In this document: piece by piece, positions 46,504 to 56,815 of the stretch
Position numbering within the stretch: position 1 is the stretch's first letter
How the letters are laid out: every line of letters begins with the position of its first letter
Assembly (NCBI GenBank): GCA_963752715.1
Contig: CAVVZQ010000006.1
Location: 93,179 to 157,178 of the forward strand
DNA: 64,000 nucleotides
Direction: 5' to 3'
Source of the DNA: an uncultured Actinomycetota bacterium
Lineage (GTDB): Bacteria > Actinomycetota > Actinomycetes > Mycobacteriales > CAVVZQ01
Program-made: the position numbers and the translations under genes
Notes under the pieces: model-generated
Told to the model about the DNA's origin: nothing
Seen by the model: the letters and a program-made list of their open reading frames with translations, nothing else
The model's database searches: none

Positions 46504-47153
46504 GTGTGACCCTCGTCCTCGCCTCCGCCTCACCCGCCCGCCTGCGCCTGCTGCGCTCAGCCGGGATCGACCCGGTGGTCCGGCACAGCGGGGTGGACGA
46601 GGAGGCACTCGCTCGGCGGCTGCCCCCGGGGACCCGCCCCGCCGTGCTTGCCACCGAGCTCGCCCTGGCCAAAGCCAGCGTGGTGGCCGGCACACTGAGT
46701 TCCGAAGCGGAGAGCTCGCTCCGGCAGGTCGTCCTCGGCTGCGACTCCGTCCTGGAGTTCGACGGAGTCGCCTACGGCAAGCCCGTAGATGCCGCCGAGG
46801 TGCGCCGGAGGTGGGAGCGCATGGCCGGACGGAGCGGGACCCTGCACACCGGTCACGCGGTGGTGGAGGTCGGCAGCGCGGCAACCGCCCTCGAGGTCTC
46901 CTCCACGACGGTGCGTTTCGCCCGGCCCAGCAGCGCGGAGCTGGACGCCTACATCGCCACCGGCGAGCCCCTTCAGGTGGCCGGTGGCTTCACGCTGGAC
47001 GGGCTCGGTGCCTGCTTCGTCGAGGGTGTGACGGGCTGCTCAGGAACCGTCATCGGAGTCTCGCCGTCCCTGGTGCGCACCCTCCTGGCCCGCCTGGGAG
47101 TAGCGCTGACCGAGGTCTGGCCCGTGCAGACAGCACCGGGGCAGAGCGCCTAG
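46500..47153 (+). CDS. maf: Maf-like nucleoside triphosphate pyrophosphatase
   Basis: LVLASASPARLRLL...GCDSVLEFDG...YGKP...GAYGI-like region. The GTG start overlaps the upstream stop (GTGA). Confidence 0.88.
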   Translation: MSVTLVLASASPARLRLLRSAGIDPVVRHSGVDEEALARRLPPGTRPAVLATELALAKASVVAGTLSSEAESSLRQVVLGCDSVLEFDGVAYGKPVDAAEVRRRWERMAGRSGTLHTGHAVVEVGSAATALEVSSTTVRFARPSSAELDAYIATGEPLQVAGGFTLDGLGACFVEGVTGCSGTVIGVSPSLVRTLLARLGVALTEVWPVQTAPGQSA

Positions 47154-47163
47154 TCTGCTAGGC

Positions 47164-48105
47164 ATGGCCTCACGACCTGACCCTGCCTCTCTGCTGGTTC
47201 TCGCCCGGGACGTGGTGGGAGACCTCACGTCAGGCCTGCCGCGCAGCCTCGACCCGGCGCAGGTCGACCTCCGCGAGATGGACCTGCTCTATCCGCCGAT
47301 CCTCGTCTTTGCCCGAGGGTTCTTCCTCGCGCTGGGCCTGCAGACCTCGGTGAGCGGATCGGACCACGTGCCACGCTCCGGGGGCGCGGTCATGGCCATC
47401 AACCACACCAGCTACATCGACTTCCCGTTCGCCGGGCTGGCCGCACGCCCCTCGAACCGGCTGGTCCGGTTCATGGCTAAGGAGTCCACCTTCCGGCACC
47501 GGGTCTCCGGACCCATCATGCGGGGACTGCACCACATTCCGGTGGATCGCGAGGCGGGGGCCGGGGCGCTCGAGGCTGCGGTGGACTCGCTGCGCGCGGG
47601 GGAGATCATCGGGGTCTACCCGGAGACCACGATCAGCCGCTCCTGGGAGATCAAGCCGCTGAAGACCGGCGCGGTGCGCATGGCCAAGGAAGCGGGCGTG
47701 CCGATCCTTCCCACCGTCATCTGGGGGGCCCACCGGATCTGGACGAAGGGACGGCCCCGGGACTTCGGGCGCAACGGCTACCCCGTACTGATCGAGGTGG
47801 GCCAGCCGATCGAGGTGTCTCCCGGGGACGACAACCGGCACGCCACCCAGCACCTGCGCACCGAGATGCGGACGATCCTGCACCGACTGCAGGAGACCTA
47901 CCCCGACCGACCTGGCCCGGACGAGGACCCCTGGTGGCTGCCCCATCGCATGGGCGGCAGCGCCCCGACCCTCACCCAGGCCGAGGAGATGGACGCCGAG
48001 GAGCGGGAAGCGCGCCGGGCAGCGCGGGACGCCCGGGAGAGCTCCGGGACCGTGCCGAGCGCCTCGAGCACCCAGACCCCCGGGAGCGCCCAGAGCACCG
48101 GATAG
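47164..48105 (+). CDS. plsC: Lysophospholipid (1-acylglycerol-3-phosphate) acyltransferase family protein
   Basis: The motif NHTSYID (H-x4-D), plus GVYPETT and PILP blocks. Confidence 0.8.
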   Translation: MASRPDPASLLVLARDVVGDLTSGLPRSLDPAQVDLREMDLLYPPILVFARGFFLALGLQTSVSGSDHVPRSGGAVMAINHTSYIDFPFAGLAARPSNRLVRFMAKESTFRHRVSGPIMRGLHHIPVDREAGAGALEAAVDSLRAGEIIGVYPETTISRSWEIKPLKTGAVRMAKEAGVPILPTVIWGAHRIWTKGRPRDFGRNGYPVLIEVGQPIEVSPGDDNRHATQHLRTEMRTILHRLQETYPDRPGPDEDPWWLPHRMGGSAPTLTQAEEMDAEEREARRAARDARESSGTVPSASSTQTPGSAQSTG

Positions 48106-48183
48106 CGAAGGTCACGTGCGAGCACCGTACGACGGTGTCGCCGGACACCTATCCTCGACGGTGCCGGAACGAGGGGGTTCGCT

Positions 48184-49950
48184 GTGCGCAAGGTCCTGAT
48201 CGCCAACCGGGGCGAGATCGCCGTACGGGTCATCCGTGCCTGCCGGGACGAAGGCCTGGGCAGCGTCGCCATCTACGCCGATCCGGACCGCGACGCCCTG
48301 CACGTCCGGATGGCGGACGAGGCCTTCTCCCTCGACGGCACCACACCCGGCGACTCCTACCTGCGCATCGACAAGATCATTGACATCGCCCATCGCAGCG
48401 GCGCGGACACGGTCCACCCCGGCTACGGCTTCCTGTCGGAGAACGCCGACTTCGCCCAGGCCGTCATGGACGCCGGCCTGACCTGGGTCGGGCCGACGCC
48501 GGACGCCATCCGGGCCCTCGGCGACAAGGTGGAGGCGCGCCACATCGCCATGAAGGCCGGTGCCCCGCTCGTGCCGGGTACGCCGGACCCGGTGGCCGGA
48601 GCGGACGAGGTGGTGGCATTCGCCACCGAGCACGGTCTGCCGGTCGCCATCAAGGCTGCCTTCGGCGGGGGCGGCCGCGGCCTGAAGGTGGCCCGGTCCC
48701 TCGAGGAGATCCCTGAGCTGTACGAGTCCGCGGTGCGCGAGGCGACCGTCGCCTTCGGCAGGGGTGAGTGCTTCGTCGAGCGGTACCTGGACCGGCCGCG
48801 CCACGTCGAGGCACAGGTCCTCGCCGACGTCCACGGCACCGTGGTGGTCGTCGGCACTCGGGACTGCTCGCTGCAGCGTCGCCACCAGAAGCTCGTCGAG
48901 GAAGCGCCCGCGCCGTTCCTGACCGAGTCCCAGCGCTCCGGCATCCACGAGGCGGCACGCGAGATCTGCCGCCAGGCCGGCTACCACGGTGCCGGAACGG
49001 TCGAGTTCCTGGTCGGACAGGACGGAACGGTCTCCTTCCTGGAGGTCAACACCCGGCTGCAGGTCGAGCACCCGGTCAGCGAGGAGACCAGCGGCATCGA
49101 CCTGGTCCGCGAGCAGTTCCGGATCGCCGACGGCCAGGCCCTGGACATCACCGAGGACCCGGCACCCCACGGTCACTCGATCGAGTTCCGCATCAACGGC
49201 GAGGACCCCGGGCGCAACTTCCTGCCGGCTCCCGGCACCGTGACGCGGTTCGTCGCGCCGCTCGGCCCTGGCGTCCGGGTCGACACCGGCATCGAGTCGG
49301 GCTCGGTGATCGGAGGAGCGTTCGACTCCCTGCTCGCGAAGCTCATCGTCACCGGCCGGGACCGTACCGAGGCGCTGCAGCGGGCGGCCCGCGCCCTCGA
49401 CGAGCTCGTCGTGGACGGCATGGCGACCGTCATCCCGTTCCACCGCTCCGTGGTCATCGACCCGGACTTCGCCCCCGCCGACCCGGCAGCCACCTTCGCG
49501 GTGCACACCCGCTGGATCGAGACCGAGTACGACAACACGATCCAGCCCTACGACTCCCCTGCCGAGCTGCACGACGAGACGCCGGCCCGCGAGACGGTGG
49601 TCGTGGAGGTCAACGGACGCCGGGTGGAAGTCGGCCTGCCCGCGGGTCTGGGAACGGCCATGCCCGGCCCGGGCGGCGCGGGTGCTGCCCGACCCCGGCC
49701 CGGTGCCCGGCGCAAGTCCGCCGCTGGCGTCAGCGGGGACGCACTGACCTCACCGATGCAGGGCACCATCGTCAAGATCGCGGTGGCGGACGGCGACATG
49801 GTGGAGGAGGGCGATGTGATCGTGGTGCTCGAAGCCATGAAGATGGAGAACCCGCTGAAGGCCCACAAGGCCGGTACGGTCAGCGGGCTGGGCGCGGCGG
49901 TCGGCGATGTCGTCACCTCCGGCGCGGCCATCTGCGAGATCAAGGACTGA
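48184..49950 (+). CDS. accA: Acyl-CoA carboxylase alpha subunit (biotin carboxylase plus BCCP)
   Basis: [19 protein letters not shown]..., an ATP-grasp fold, and a C-terminal biotinyl motif VLEAMKMEN. Confidence 0.93.
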   Translation: MRKVLIANRGEIAVRVIRACRDEGLGSVAIYADPDRDALHVRMADEAFSLDGTTPGDSYLRIDKIIDIAHRSGADTVHPGYGFLSENADFAQAVMDAGLTWVGPTPDAIRALGDKVEARHIAMKAGAPLVPGTPDPVAGADEVVAFATEHGLPVAIKAAFGGGGRGLKVARSLEEIPELYESAVREATVAFGRGECFVERYLDRPRHVEAQVLADVHGTVVVVGTRDCSLQRRHQKLVEEAPAPFLTESQRSGIHEAAREICRQAGYHGAGTVEFLVGQDGTVSFLEVNTRLQVEHPVSEETSGIDLVREQFRIADGQALDITEDPAPHGHSIEFRINGEDPGRNFLPAPGTVTRFVAPLGPGVRVDTGIESGSVIGGAFDSLLAKLIVTGRDRTEALQRAARALDELVVDGMATVIPFHRSVVIDPDFAPADPAATFAVHTRWIETEYDNTIQPYDSPAELHDETPARETVVVEVNGRRVEVGLPAGLGTAMPGPGGAGAARPRPGARRKSAAGVSGDALTSPMQGTIVKIAVADGDMVEEGDVIVVLEAMKMENPLKAHKAGTVSGLGAAVGDVVTSGAAICEIKD

Positions 49951-50434
49951 CCGGCCGGGGGGCGAGCGAGCAGACCATGTGCACGTGGCGCCCGATCGCA
50001 GGCAGCTCGAACGGCTCGCCACGAGCCACGAAGCCCCGCTTGCGGTAGAAGTCCTCCGCACTGGTCCGCACCGCGCACCACACCGAGGGCCCCCCGTAGC
50101 GGACCACGTGCTCCCTCACGCACCGCAGCAGCACAGTACCGAGGCCCGCCCGCTGCCAGCTCGGAACCACCGCCAGCCCCCGCAGCCGCCAGGCATCCTC
50201 CGGATGGCCCACTCGCGCCTGCCTGCGCACGCTGACGACCCCCAGCGGCGCGGCAGGGTGGCCGGGCCGCCAGACCGCGAAGAACCCCGAGCTCACGTCC
50301 TCGTCCCCGGAGAGGGCCATCGCCTGTACCGGCTCGTGCGGACGCAGCAGACGCTGCCGCAGGTCGAAGGTCACGTGCGCCGGCACCGGTCCCCAGCACA
50401 GCGCTTCGCTGTCCGTCCCGGCGGTGAGGGTCAA
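49940..50434 (-). CDS. Small GNAT-family acetyltransferase
   Basis: [22 protein letters not shown]...FYRKRGF. The TTG start overlaps the stop of the synthetase gene (TTGA). An internal ATG start is also possible. Confidence 0.7.
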   Translation of the reverse strand: MTLTAGTDSEALCWGPVPAHVTFDLRQRLLRPHEPVQAMALSGDEDVSSGFFAVWRPGHPAAPLGVVSVRRQARVGHPEDAWRLRGLAVVPSWQRAGLGTVLLRCVREHVVRYGGPSVWCAVRTSAEDFYRKRGFVARGEPFELPAIGRHVHMVCSLAPRPVSP

Positions 50435-52431
50435 TCCTGCTCCCGTGCAGCGCGCGCCGCCAGGAACGGCGTCAGGCTGTCCGGGTCGGCGAGCGCGCTA
50501 CGACTGACGGCCGTCTCGGGGTCGGCCCCCAGCAGGATTCGCTTGACGGGGACTTCGCACTTCTTGCCGTTCAGGGTGCGAGGCACAGCCGGGACCGCCA
50601 CGATCCGGTCCGGCACGTGGCGCGGCGACAGCTGCTCACGCAGCGCCCCCGACAGCTCCTCGCGGAGACGGTCGTCGACGACGGCACCCGCACCGGGCAC
50701 CACGAACAGCACCAGGTCGCCGGCTCCCCCTGGTTGGGAGAGATCCACGACCAGGCTGTCGGCCACGGCCGGGTGGGCCTCGACGACGCGGTAGAACTCG
50801 CTGGTACCCATCCGGATCCCGCCCCGGTTGAGGGTCGAGTCCGAGCGGCCGGAGATCACGACGCCGCCGCGCGGGGTGATCCGTACCCAGTCTCCGTGTC
50901 GCCACACGCCGGGGTAGTCGGCGAAGTATGCCTCACGCAGCCGGGAGCCGTCCGGATCGTCCCAGAACGCCACCGGCATGCTGGGCATGGGCTCGGTGAT
51001 GACCAGCTCGCCCACCTCGTCCAGGAGCGGTCGGCCCTGCTCGTCGAACGCGGCCACCGCCGCGCCCAGCATCCGGCACTGGATCTCGCCGCGGTGGACC
51101 GGGAGCACGCTCGCCGGGCCGACGAAAGCCGTGCACACGTCCGTCCCTCCGGAGAGCGACCCGATCAGGATCTCCGGCGACACCTCGTCGTGGACCCACC
51201 CGAACCCGTCGTCGGTCAGAGGTGCACCCGTCGAGCCGAGAATCCTGACCCCACTGAGGTCATGGCTCAGGCGGGGTCGGACGCCCGCCTTCATGCAGGC
51301 CTGCACGTACGGAGCGCTGACGCCGAACAGCGCGGGCTCGGTCTCCTCGGCCAGCTTCCACAGCACGTCCATCTCGCGCGCGGCGGGGCTGCCGTCGTAG
51401 AGGACCAGGGTGGCGCCCCGGAGCAGTCCCGACACCAGGAAGTTCCACATCATCCACCCGGTCGTGGTGTACCAGAACACCCGGTCACCCGGTGTGACGT
51501 CGCCGTGGATGCCGAGCGCCTTGTGGTGCTCCAGCAGGATGCCGCCGTGCCCCTGCACGATGCCCTTGGGAAGGCCTGTCGTGCCGGAGGAGAACAGCAC
51601 CCACAGCGGGTGGTCGAACGGGACCGGCTCGAAGTGCAGCGCCGCGGTGTCGGCGAGCATCTCCGCCCAGAAGAAGTCGCCCTCGAACTCGACCTCTGCC
51701 AGCTCTTCCGAGGTCCCGGCGTAGGGCACGACGACCGTGGCGACCAGCGAGTCGAGCTGCTCGCTGACCTGCTCGATGACCTCCAGCCGGCTGTGGACCT
51801 CGCCCCCGTACCGGTAGGCGTCCACGCCGAGAAGAACCTTCGGCCGCAGCTGGGCGAAGCGCTCCAGGATGCTGTGTGCCCCGAACTCCGGGGCGCACGA
51901 GGACCAGATCGCTCCCAGGCTGGCGGTGGCCAGGAACGCGATGACCGCGTGGGGAGAGTTGGGCAGGACTCCGACCACCACGTCTCCGCGGCCGACCCCC
52001 ATCTTGCGCAGCGCGGAGGCCACGGCTGCGACATGGTTGCGCAGCTGCCCGTACGTCATGGCTCCGGTCAGGCCGTCCTCACGCTCGAACACGAGCGCGA
52101 GTGCCCCCGCCTCCCGTCCCGGCCCGGGGGCCAGGGCGTGCGCCGCGTAGTTCAGCCGGGCGCCCGGGAACCACTCCGCTCCCGGCATGACGCGGTCGAC
52201 GAGCACCTCGCGAGGGTCTTCGTCCGCACTGATCCCGGCCCAGTCCCAGATCGCTCCCCAGAAGTCCTCGATGCGCTCGGTGGACCAGCGCCACATCTCG
52301 TCGTAGGTGCCGAAGTCCAGGCCCCGGTGCTGCCGCAGCCAGTCGGCGAACGCGGTGACCCCGGATGCCGCAATCCGCTCCGGACTCGGGCGCCACAGGA
52401 CCTCAGGCTCGGGAATCGGGGATGCCACCAT
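50431..52431 (-). CDS. Acetoacetyl-CoA synthetase (AMP-forming)
   Basis: 666 aa. LWRPSPERIAASGVTAFADWL...YDEMWRWS...FWGAIWDW, FSSGTTGLPKGI, and the A10 motif PRTLNGKK. Confidence 0.9.
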   Translation of the reverse strand: MVASPIPEPEVLWRPSPERIAASGVTAFADWLRQHRGLDFGTYDEMWRWSTERIEDFWGAIWDWAGISADEDPREVLVDRVMPGAEWFPGARLNYAAHALAPGPGREAGALALVFEREDGLTGAMTYGQLRNHVAAVASALRKMGVGRGDVVVGVLPNSPHAVIAFLATASLGAIWSSCAPEFGAHSILERFAQLRPKVLLGVDAYRYGGEVHSRLEVIEQVSEQLDSLVATVVVPYAGTSEELAEVEFEGDFFWAEMLADTAALHFEPVPFDHPLWVLFSSGTTGLPKGIVQGHGGILLEHHKALGIHGDVTPGDRVFWYTTTGWMMWNFLVSGLLRGATLVLYDGSPAAREMDVLWKLAEETEPALFGVSAPYVQACMKAGVRPRLSHDLSGVRILGSTGAPLTDDGFGWVHDEVSPEILIGSLSGGTDVCTAFVGPASVLPVHRGEIQCRMLGAAVAAFDEQGRPLLDEVGELVITEPMPSMPVAFWDDPDGSRLREAYFADYPGVWRHGDWVRITPRGGVVISGRSDSTLNRGGIRMGTSEFYRVVEAHPAVADSLVVDLSQPGGAGDLVLFVVPGAGAVVDDRLREELSGALREQLSPRHVPDRIVAVPAVPRTLNGKKCEVPVKRILLGADPETAVSRSALADPDSLTPFLAARAAREQD

Positions 52432-52494
52432 GCGCGCAGCCTATCGGGACAGCAGCCGGAGGCGTCCGCGCAAGCACGCGCCCCGCTGCGCCTG

Positions 52495-53919
52495 CTAGCT
52501 CCCTCGCATGAGCAGGCGCGCGGCCTCCGTCATCGAGCCGGACAGCGAGGGATAGATCGCGAAGGTCTGGGCGAACTGGTCGACGGTCAGGGAGTTCTGG
52601 ACTGCCATCGTCACCGGGAGGATGAGCTCGCTCGCGCGGGGCGCGACCACGACGCCTCCGATCACGATGCCCGAGCTCGGCCGGCAGAAGAGCTTCACGA
52701 AACCGAATCCCAGGCCCATCATCTTCGCCCTGGCATTGGTCTCCAGCGGAAGCGTCACCGTCCGGGCAGCCACCTCTCCGGCATCCACCTGGCGCTGTGT
52801 CACGCCCACCGTCGAGATCTCCGGGTTGGTGAACACGTTCGAGGAGACGGTGGCGAGGTTCAGGGGCGCGACGGCCTCCCCGAGGGCGTGCCAGACCGCG
52901 ATCCGGCCCTGCATCGCGGCCACCGAGGCCAGCATCATCACTCCGGTCACGTCCCCGGCCGCGTAGACGTTCGGAGCACCGGTACGCGACACGCGGTCCA
53001 CGGCCAGGAATCCGCCACGAGCGGGCGCGACGCCGACATGCTCCAGGCCGAGCCCCGCCGAGTTGGGCACCGAGCCGATCGTCATCAACGCGTGGCTGCC
53101 CGTCACCGTTCGACCGTCCTCCAGGGCCACGCGGACCCCGTCCCCGGCCTCGGCCACCGCCTGAGCCCGGGCCCGCGGGACGATCTCCATCCCCCGCTCA
53201 CTCAGAACGGCCTCCAGGACCGCCGCCGCGTCCGGGTCCTCACCCGGAAGAACGTGGTCGCGGCTGGAGACCAGGACCGTGTCCACACCCATCGCACAGT
53301 AGGCAGAGGCGAACTCCGCACCCGTGACACCCGAGCCCACCACCACGAGCCGCTCCGGAAGGGCGTCGAGCCGGTAGAGGTCGCGCCAGGTCAGAATGCG
53401 GCGACCATCCGGTCGGGCGGCATCCAGCACGCGCGGCGAGGCGCCCGTGGCGACGAGGACGACGTCCGCGGCCAGCGTCTCCTCCTCCTCGGCCCCGGTG
53501 CGCACAGAGATCCGGTAGGACGCGTCCGGCTCACGAGGTCCGGCGAACCGGCCGGTCCCCCGCACCACCCGCACGCCGGCGGTGACCAGACGCGACTCGA
53601 TGTCGGCCGACTGGGCGCTCGCCAGGTCGACCACCCTGCCGTGGACGGCGGGGGCGTCGGCATGCAGACCGGTCGCGGGACGGGCCCGTACGCCCAGGAC
53701 CTCCAGCCGGGACAGCACGTTCATCACGTCGGAGACGGCGATGAAGGTCTTGGACGGCACACAGTCGGTCAGCACACAGGCGCCGCCCGGGCCGTCCTGT
53801 TCCACGAGGGTGGTCCGTGCGCCCAGCTGGGCCGCGACCAGAGCCGCCTCGTATCCCGCCGGACCGCCGCCGATGATCACCAACCGAGTCACGGGGCCAT
53901 TCTTGCCCCCACGGATCAC
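52495..53919 (-). CDS. lpdA: Flavoprotein disulfide reductase family NAD(P)H dehydrogenase (LpdA-like)
   Basis: VIIGGGPAGYEAAL...GGACVLTDCVPSK... The likelier start is GTG 53892 (MTRLVIIGGG). Confidence 0.88.
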   Translation of the reverse strand: MIRGGKNGPVTRLVIIGGGPAGYEAALVAAQLGARTTLVEQDGPGGACVLTDCVPSKTFIAVSDVMNVLSRLEVLGVRARPATGLHADAPAVHGRVVDLASAQSADIESRLVTAGVRVVRGTGRFAGPREPDASYRISVRTGAEEEETLAADVVLVATGASPRVLDAARPDGRRILTWRDLYRLDALPERLVVVGSGVTGAEFASAYCAMGVDTVLVSSRDHVLPGEDPDAAAVLEAVLSERGMEIVPRARAQAVAEAGDGVRVALEDGRTVTGSHALMTIGSVPNSAGLGLEHVGVAPARGGFLAVDRVSRTGAPNVYAAGDVTGVMMLASVAAMQGRIAVWHALGEAVAPLNLATVSSNVFTNPEISTVGVTQRQVDAGEVAARTVTLPLETNARAKMMGLGFGFVKLFCRPSSGIVIGGVVVAPRASELILPVTMAVQNSLTVDQFAQTFAIYPSLSGSMTEAARLLMRGS

Positions 53920-53956
53920 AGGACGGGACTGCAGGGGGTGCAGTCGGCCGTACTCT

Positions 53957-54415
53957 GTGGCGGTGCCGCTGTACGCCGCCTACGGGTCCAACCTGGACCC
54001 GGACCGAATGCACCAGCGCTGTCCGCACTCTCCGGTCGCGGGCACCGGCTGGCTGAACGGCTGGCGGCTGACCTTCGGCGGCGAGGACGTCGGCTGGGAA
54101 GGGGCGCTGGCCACGGTCGTGGAGAGCACCGGATCCTCGGTCTTCGTGATGCTCTACGACGTCACCACCACCGACGAGGCGCAGCTCGACTCGTGGGAGG
54201 GTGCCGACCTCGGCTTCTACACCAAGATCCGGGTACGCGTACAGACGCTCGACGGAAGTGATCTGGCCTGGCTGTACGTCCTGGACGCCTATGAGGGCGG
54301 ACTGCCGTCGGCGCGGTACCTCGGGGTCATTGCGGAAGCCGCCGAGAGCGCCGGCGCTCCCGGTGACTACGTCGCGGACCTGCTCAGCAGGCCCTGCAGC
54401 TCACTCGGCCTGTAG
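53957..54415 (+). CDS. Gamma-glutamylcyclotransferase / AIG2-like family protein
   Basis: GTG at 53957 followed by AVPLYAAYGSNLDPDRMHQRCPHSP. The upstream part of the track ORF is antisense to lpdA. Confidence 0.75.
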   Translation: MAVPLYAAYGSNLDPDRMHQRCPHSPVAGTGWLNGWRLTFGGEDVGWEGALATVVESTGSSVFVMLYDVTTTDEAQLDSWEGADLGFYTKIRVRVQTLDGSDLAWLYVLDAYEGGLPSARYLGVIAEAAESAGAPGDYVADLLSRPCSSLGL

Positions 54416-55651
54416 CAGCTCGGAGTCCGGCAGGGCGGAGCCGGTTCGCTCACCGTCGTCGGCGGCTCGGGCGCGCAGGGCGGCCAGTGCGGTACTGACC
54501 ATCACTCGCACGCCCACCTCGAGCGCCCCTTCGTCGATGTCGAAGGACGGCTGGTGCAGGTCGAGGGGCGGCTCGCCGGGACGCTGCACGCCCAGGCGCC
54601 CCAGCGCCCCGGGCACCTGGTCGAGGTAGTAGGCGAAGTCCTCGCCGCCCAGACTCTGCGGAACGGTCACCACGCGGCCCCTCCCCAGCGCCACCTCGGC
54701 CGCCTCCCGCATGATGTTCGTCGCCTCCGGGTCGTTGACCACGGGAGGCACCCCTGCCGAGTAGTCCACCTCCGCCACCGCCCCCAGGGGCATGGCCACG
54801 TCGTGCACCAGTCGGCGCACCATCTCCGAGGCCCCCTGCCAGCTCTCGGGGTCGAGGACGCGGAGGGTCCCGATCGCGGAGCCGCTGCCCGGGATCGCGT
54901 TTGCGGTGCTGCCCGCCCGGATGGCCCCCCATACCAGCGACATCCCGGATCGGGGGTCGACCCGGCGCGAGAGCAGAGCGGGTACGTCGGTCACGACCTT
55001 GGCCAGGGCGTAGACGAGGTCCACCGTGAGGTTCGGCCGTGAGGTGTGCCCTCCCGGGCCCGACAGCCGCACCTCGACGCGGTCCGAGGCGGACGTGATG
55101 GGTCCCGGCCTGATCCCGAAAATGCCCACCTCCAGGCGCGCGTCGCAGTGCAGCGCGAAGATGCAGTCCACGCCCGCCAGGACGCCCGACTCGATCGCGT
55201 GGAGGGAGCCGCTCGGCAGCGTCTCCTCGGCGGGCTGGAAGACGATCCGCACCCGTCCTGGCAGGTCGACGCCAGCCAGGGCCAGGGCGGCCCCCAGCAC
55301 GACGGCCGCGTGGGCGTCGTGACCGCAGGCGTGGCACACCCCGGGAACGGTCGAGCGATAGGGCACATCCTTCACGTCGTCCAGCGGCAGTGCGTCGATG
55401 TCGGCCCGCAGTGCGACGGTCGGTCCGAGCCAGGACGGATCACCCGCCCCCGGCCCGATGTCACACATGACTCCGCAACCGCCCGGGAACACCTGCGGGG
55501 CCAGCCCCGCCGAGGCCATCCGCTCCGCGAGGTACTCGGTGGTGAGGAACTCCCGGTATCCCAGCTCGGGGCTGGCGTGCAGGTGCCGCCGCGCGGCAAC
55601 GATCTCGTGCCCGTGCGCGTCCAGCCAGCGGTCCAGCCAGTCCTCGCTCAT
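54401..55651 (-). CDS. M20-family amidohydrolase (N-acyl-L-amino acid amidohydrolase type)
   Basis: RRHLHASPELGYRE...CHACGHDAH...FQPAEE... Confidence 0.88.
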   Translation of the reverse strand: MSEDWLDRWLDAHGHEIVAARRHLHASPELGYREFLTTEYLAERMASAGLAPQVFPGGCGVMCDIGPGAGDPSWLGPTVALRADIDALPLDDVKDVPYRSTVPGVCHACGHDAHAAVVLGAALALAGVDLPGRVRIVFQPAEETLPSGSLHAIESGVLAGVDCIFALHCDARLEVGIFGIRPGPITSASDRVEVRLSGPGGHTSRPNLTVDLVYALAKVVTDVPALLSRRVDPRSGMSLVWGAIRAGSTANAIPGSGSAIGTLRVLDPESWQGASEMVRRLVHDVAMPLGAVAEVDYSAGVPPVVNDPEATNIMREAAEVALGRGRVVTVPQSLGGEDFAYYLDQVPGALGRLGVQRPGEPPLDLHQPSFDIDEGALEVGVRVMVSTALAALRARAADDGERTGSALPDSELLQAE

Positions 55652-56784
55652 CGGGTCACGCCTTCGTCCATCTCCCGAAGCAGCGAGTCGACGACCGCAC
55701 GCAGGTCACCGGCGTGCTCGGCAGCCGTACGGCGCTGCCGCAGGTAGGACGGACCCACCTCGAGGACGGTCCGCGCGAACTCCAGGTCGGACTCGCAGCC
55801 CAGCCGGCGCGCCGTCGGGGCGAGGTCCTCCAGCAGGCGCTCGATCTCCCCGCGCAGGGGGCCCACCCGTCCCGACTCGTCGAGCACGATGTCCGCCTCG
55901 AGACCGAACCGGGCCGCCCGCCACTTGTTCTCCCGAACCACCCACTCCCGCGGACGCGGGAGGGCGTACCCCTGCTCCATATGGTCGTCGAACTGCTGCA
56001 CCAGCGACTGGGTCAGCGCGGCCGCCATCATGAGCTCGTCCAGAGTGGGCACGTCGTCGAACACCCGGACCTCGACCGTGCCGAAGTTGGGGTGGGGTCG
56101 GATGTCCCACCAGACCTCGCGGATCGTGTCGATGCTGCCCGCGGTGATCTGCGCGGCCACGTACGACTCGAACTCGGTCCAGTCGCTGAACTGCTCGGGC
56201 AGGCCTGCCGTGGGAAGGCTCTCGAAGATCTTGGTGCGGGCCGACGCCAGCCCGGTGTCGCGTCCCATCCAGTAGGGACTCGAGGCGGTCAGCCCGAGCA
56301 TGTGCGGGACGTACGCGGTCAAGGCAGTGACGAACGGAATGACCTTCTCGCGCGAGGTGACGCCGACATGGACATGGACGCCGTGGGTGGCGAGCCGGTG
56401 GGCCGGCCACTGCAGCCGCTCGACGAGGCTGTGGTAGCGCGGGTTGGGACTGATCTGCTGTTCTGCCCAGTGGTTGAACGGGTGGGTGCCCGAACCCACC
56501 AGACCCAGCCCACGGCGCTCTGCCGCGCCTCTCACCTCGGCCAGCGTGCCGGCGATGTCGGACCGGGCCTGCGGGACGCTGTCACAGACGCCCGTGATGA
56601 TCTCGACCGTGGACTGGTACAGCTCATGCTTGGCCTTGGGATGCGAGTCGAGATCGGCGGGCCGGATCTCCTCCAGCACCTCCACCGAGGCCTGAGCCAG
56701 GTCACGCGTGACCCGGTCCACCAGCTCGAGCTCCCACTCCACGCCCACGCTGGCGTGCCGGGAGGCGTTGAAGGCCACGCGCAC
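55648..56784 (-). CDS. Carboxylate-amine ligase (glutamate-cysteine ligase family 2, YbdK type)
   Basis: VGVEWELELVD...HELYQSTVEI...HVHVGV...WWDIRPHPNFGTVEVRV. Its stop overlaps the amidohydrolase start (ATGA). Confidence 0.88.
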   Translation of the reverse strand: MRVAFNASRHASVGVEWELELVDRVTRDLAQASVEVLEEIRPADLDSHPKAKHELYQSTVEIITGVCDSVPQARSDIAGTLAEVRGAAERRGLGLVGSGTHPFNHWAEQQISPNPRYHSLVERLQWPAHRLATHGVHVHVGVTSREKVIPFVTALTAYVPHMLGLTASSPYWMGRDTGLASARTKIFESLPTAGLPEQFSDWTEFESYVAAQITAGSIDTIREVWWDIRPHPNFGTVEVRVFDDVPTLDELMMAAALTQSLVQQFDDHMEQGYALPRPREWVVRENKWRAARFGLEADIVLDESGRVGPLRGEIERLLEDLAPTARRLGCESDLEFARTVLEVGPSYLRQRRTAAEHAGDLRAVVDSLLREMDEGVTR

Positions 56785-56815
56785 GCAGACAGGCTATCGG
56801 CGCGCGACCCCACCG

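Noticed and set aside
50617-54261. 1214-aa ORF on the plus strand
   Set aside because: It is antisense to acetoacetyl-CoA synthetase and lpdA. It is R/G/H-rich with no domain-like segments. Both opposite-strand genes have strong family motifs.
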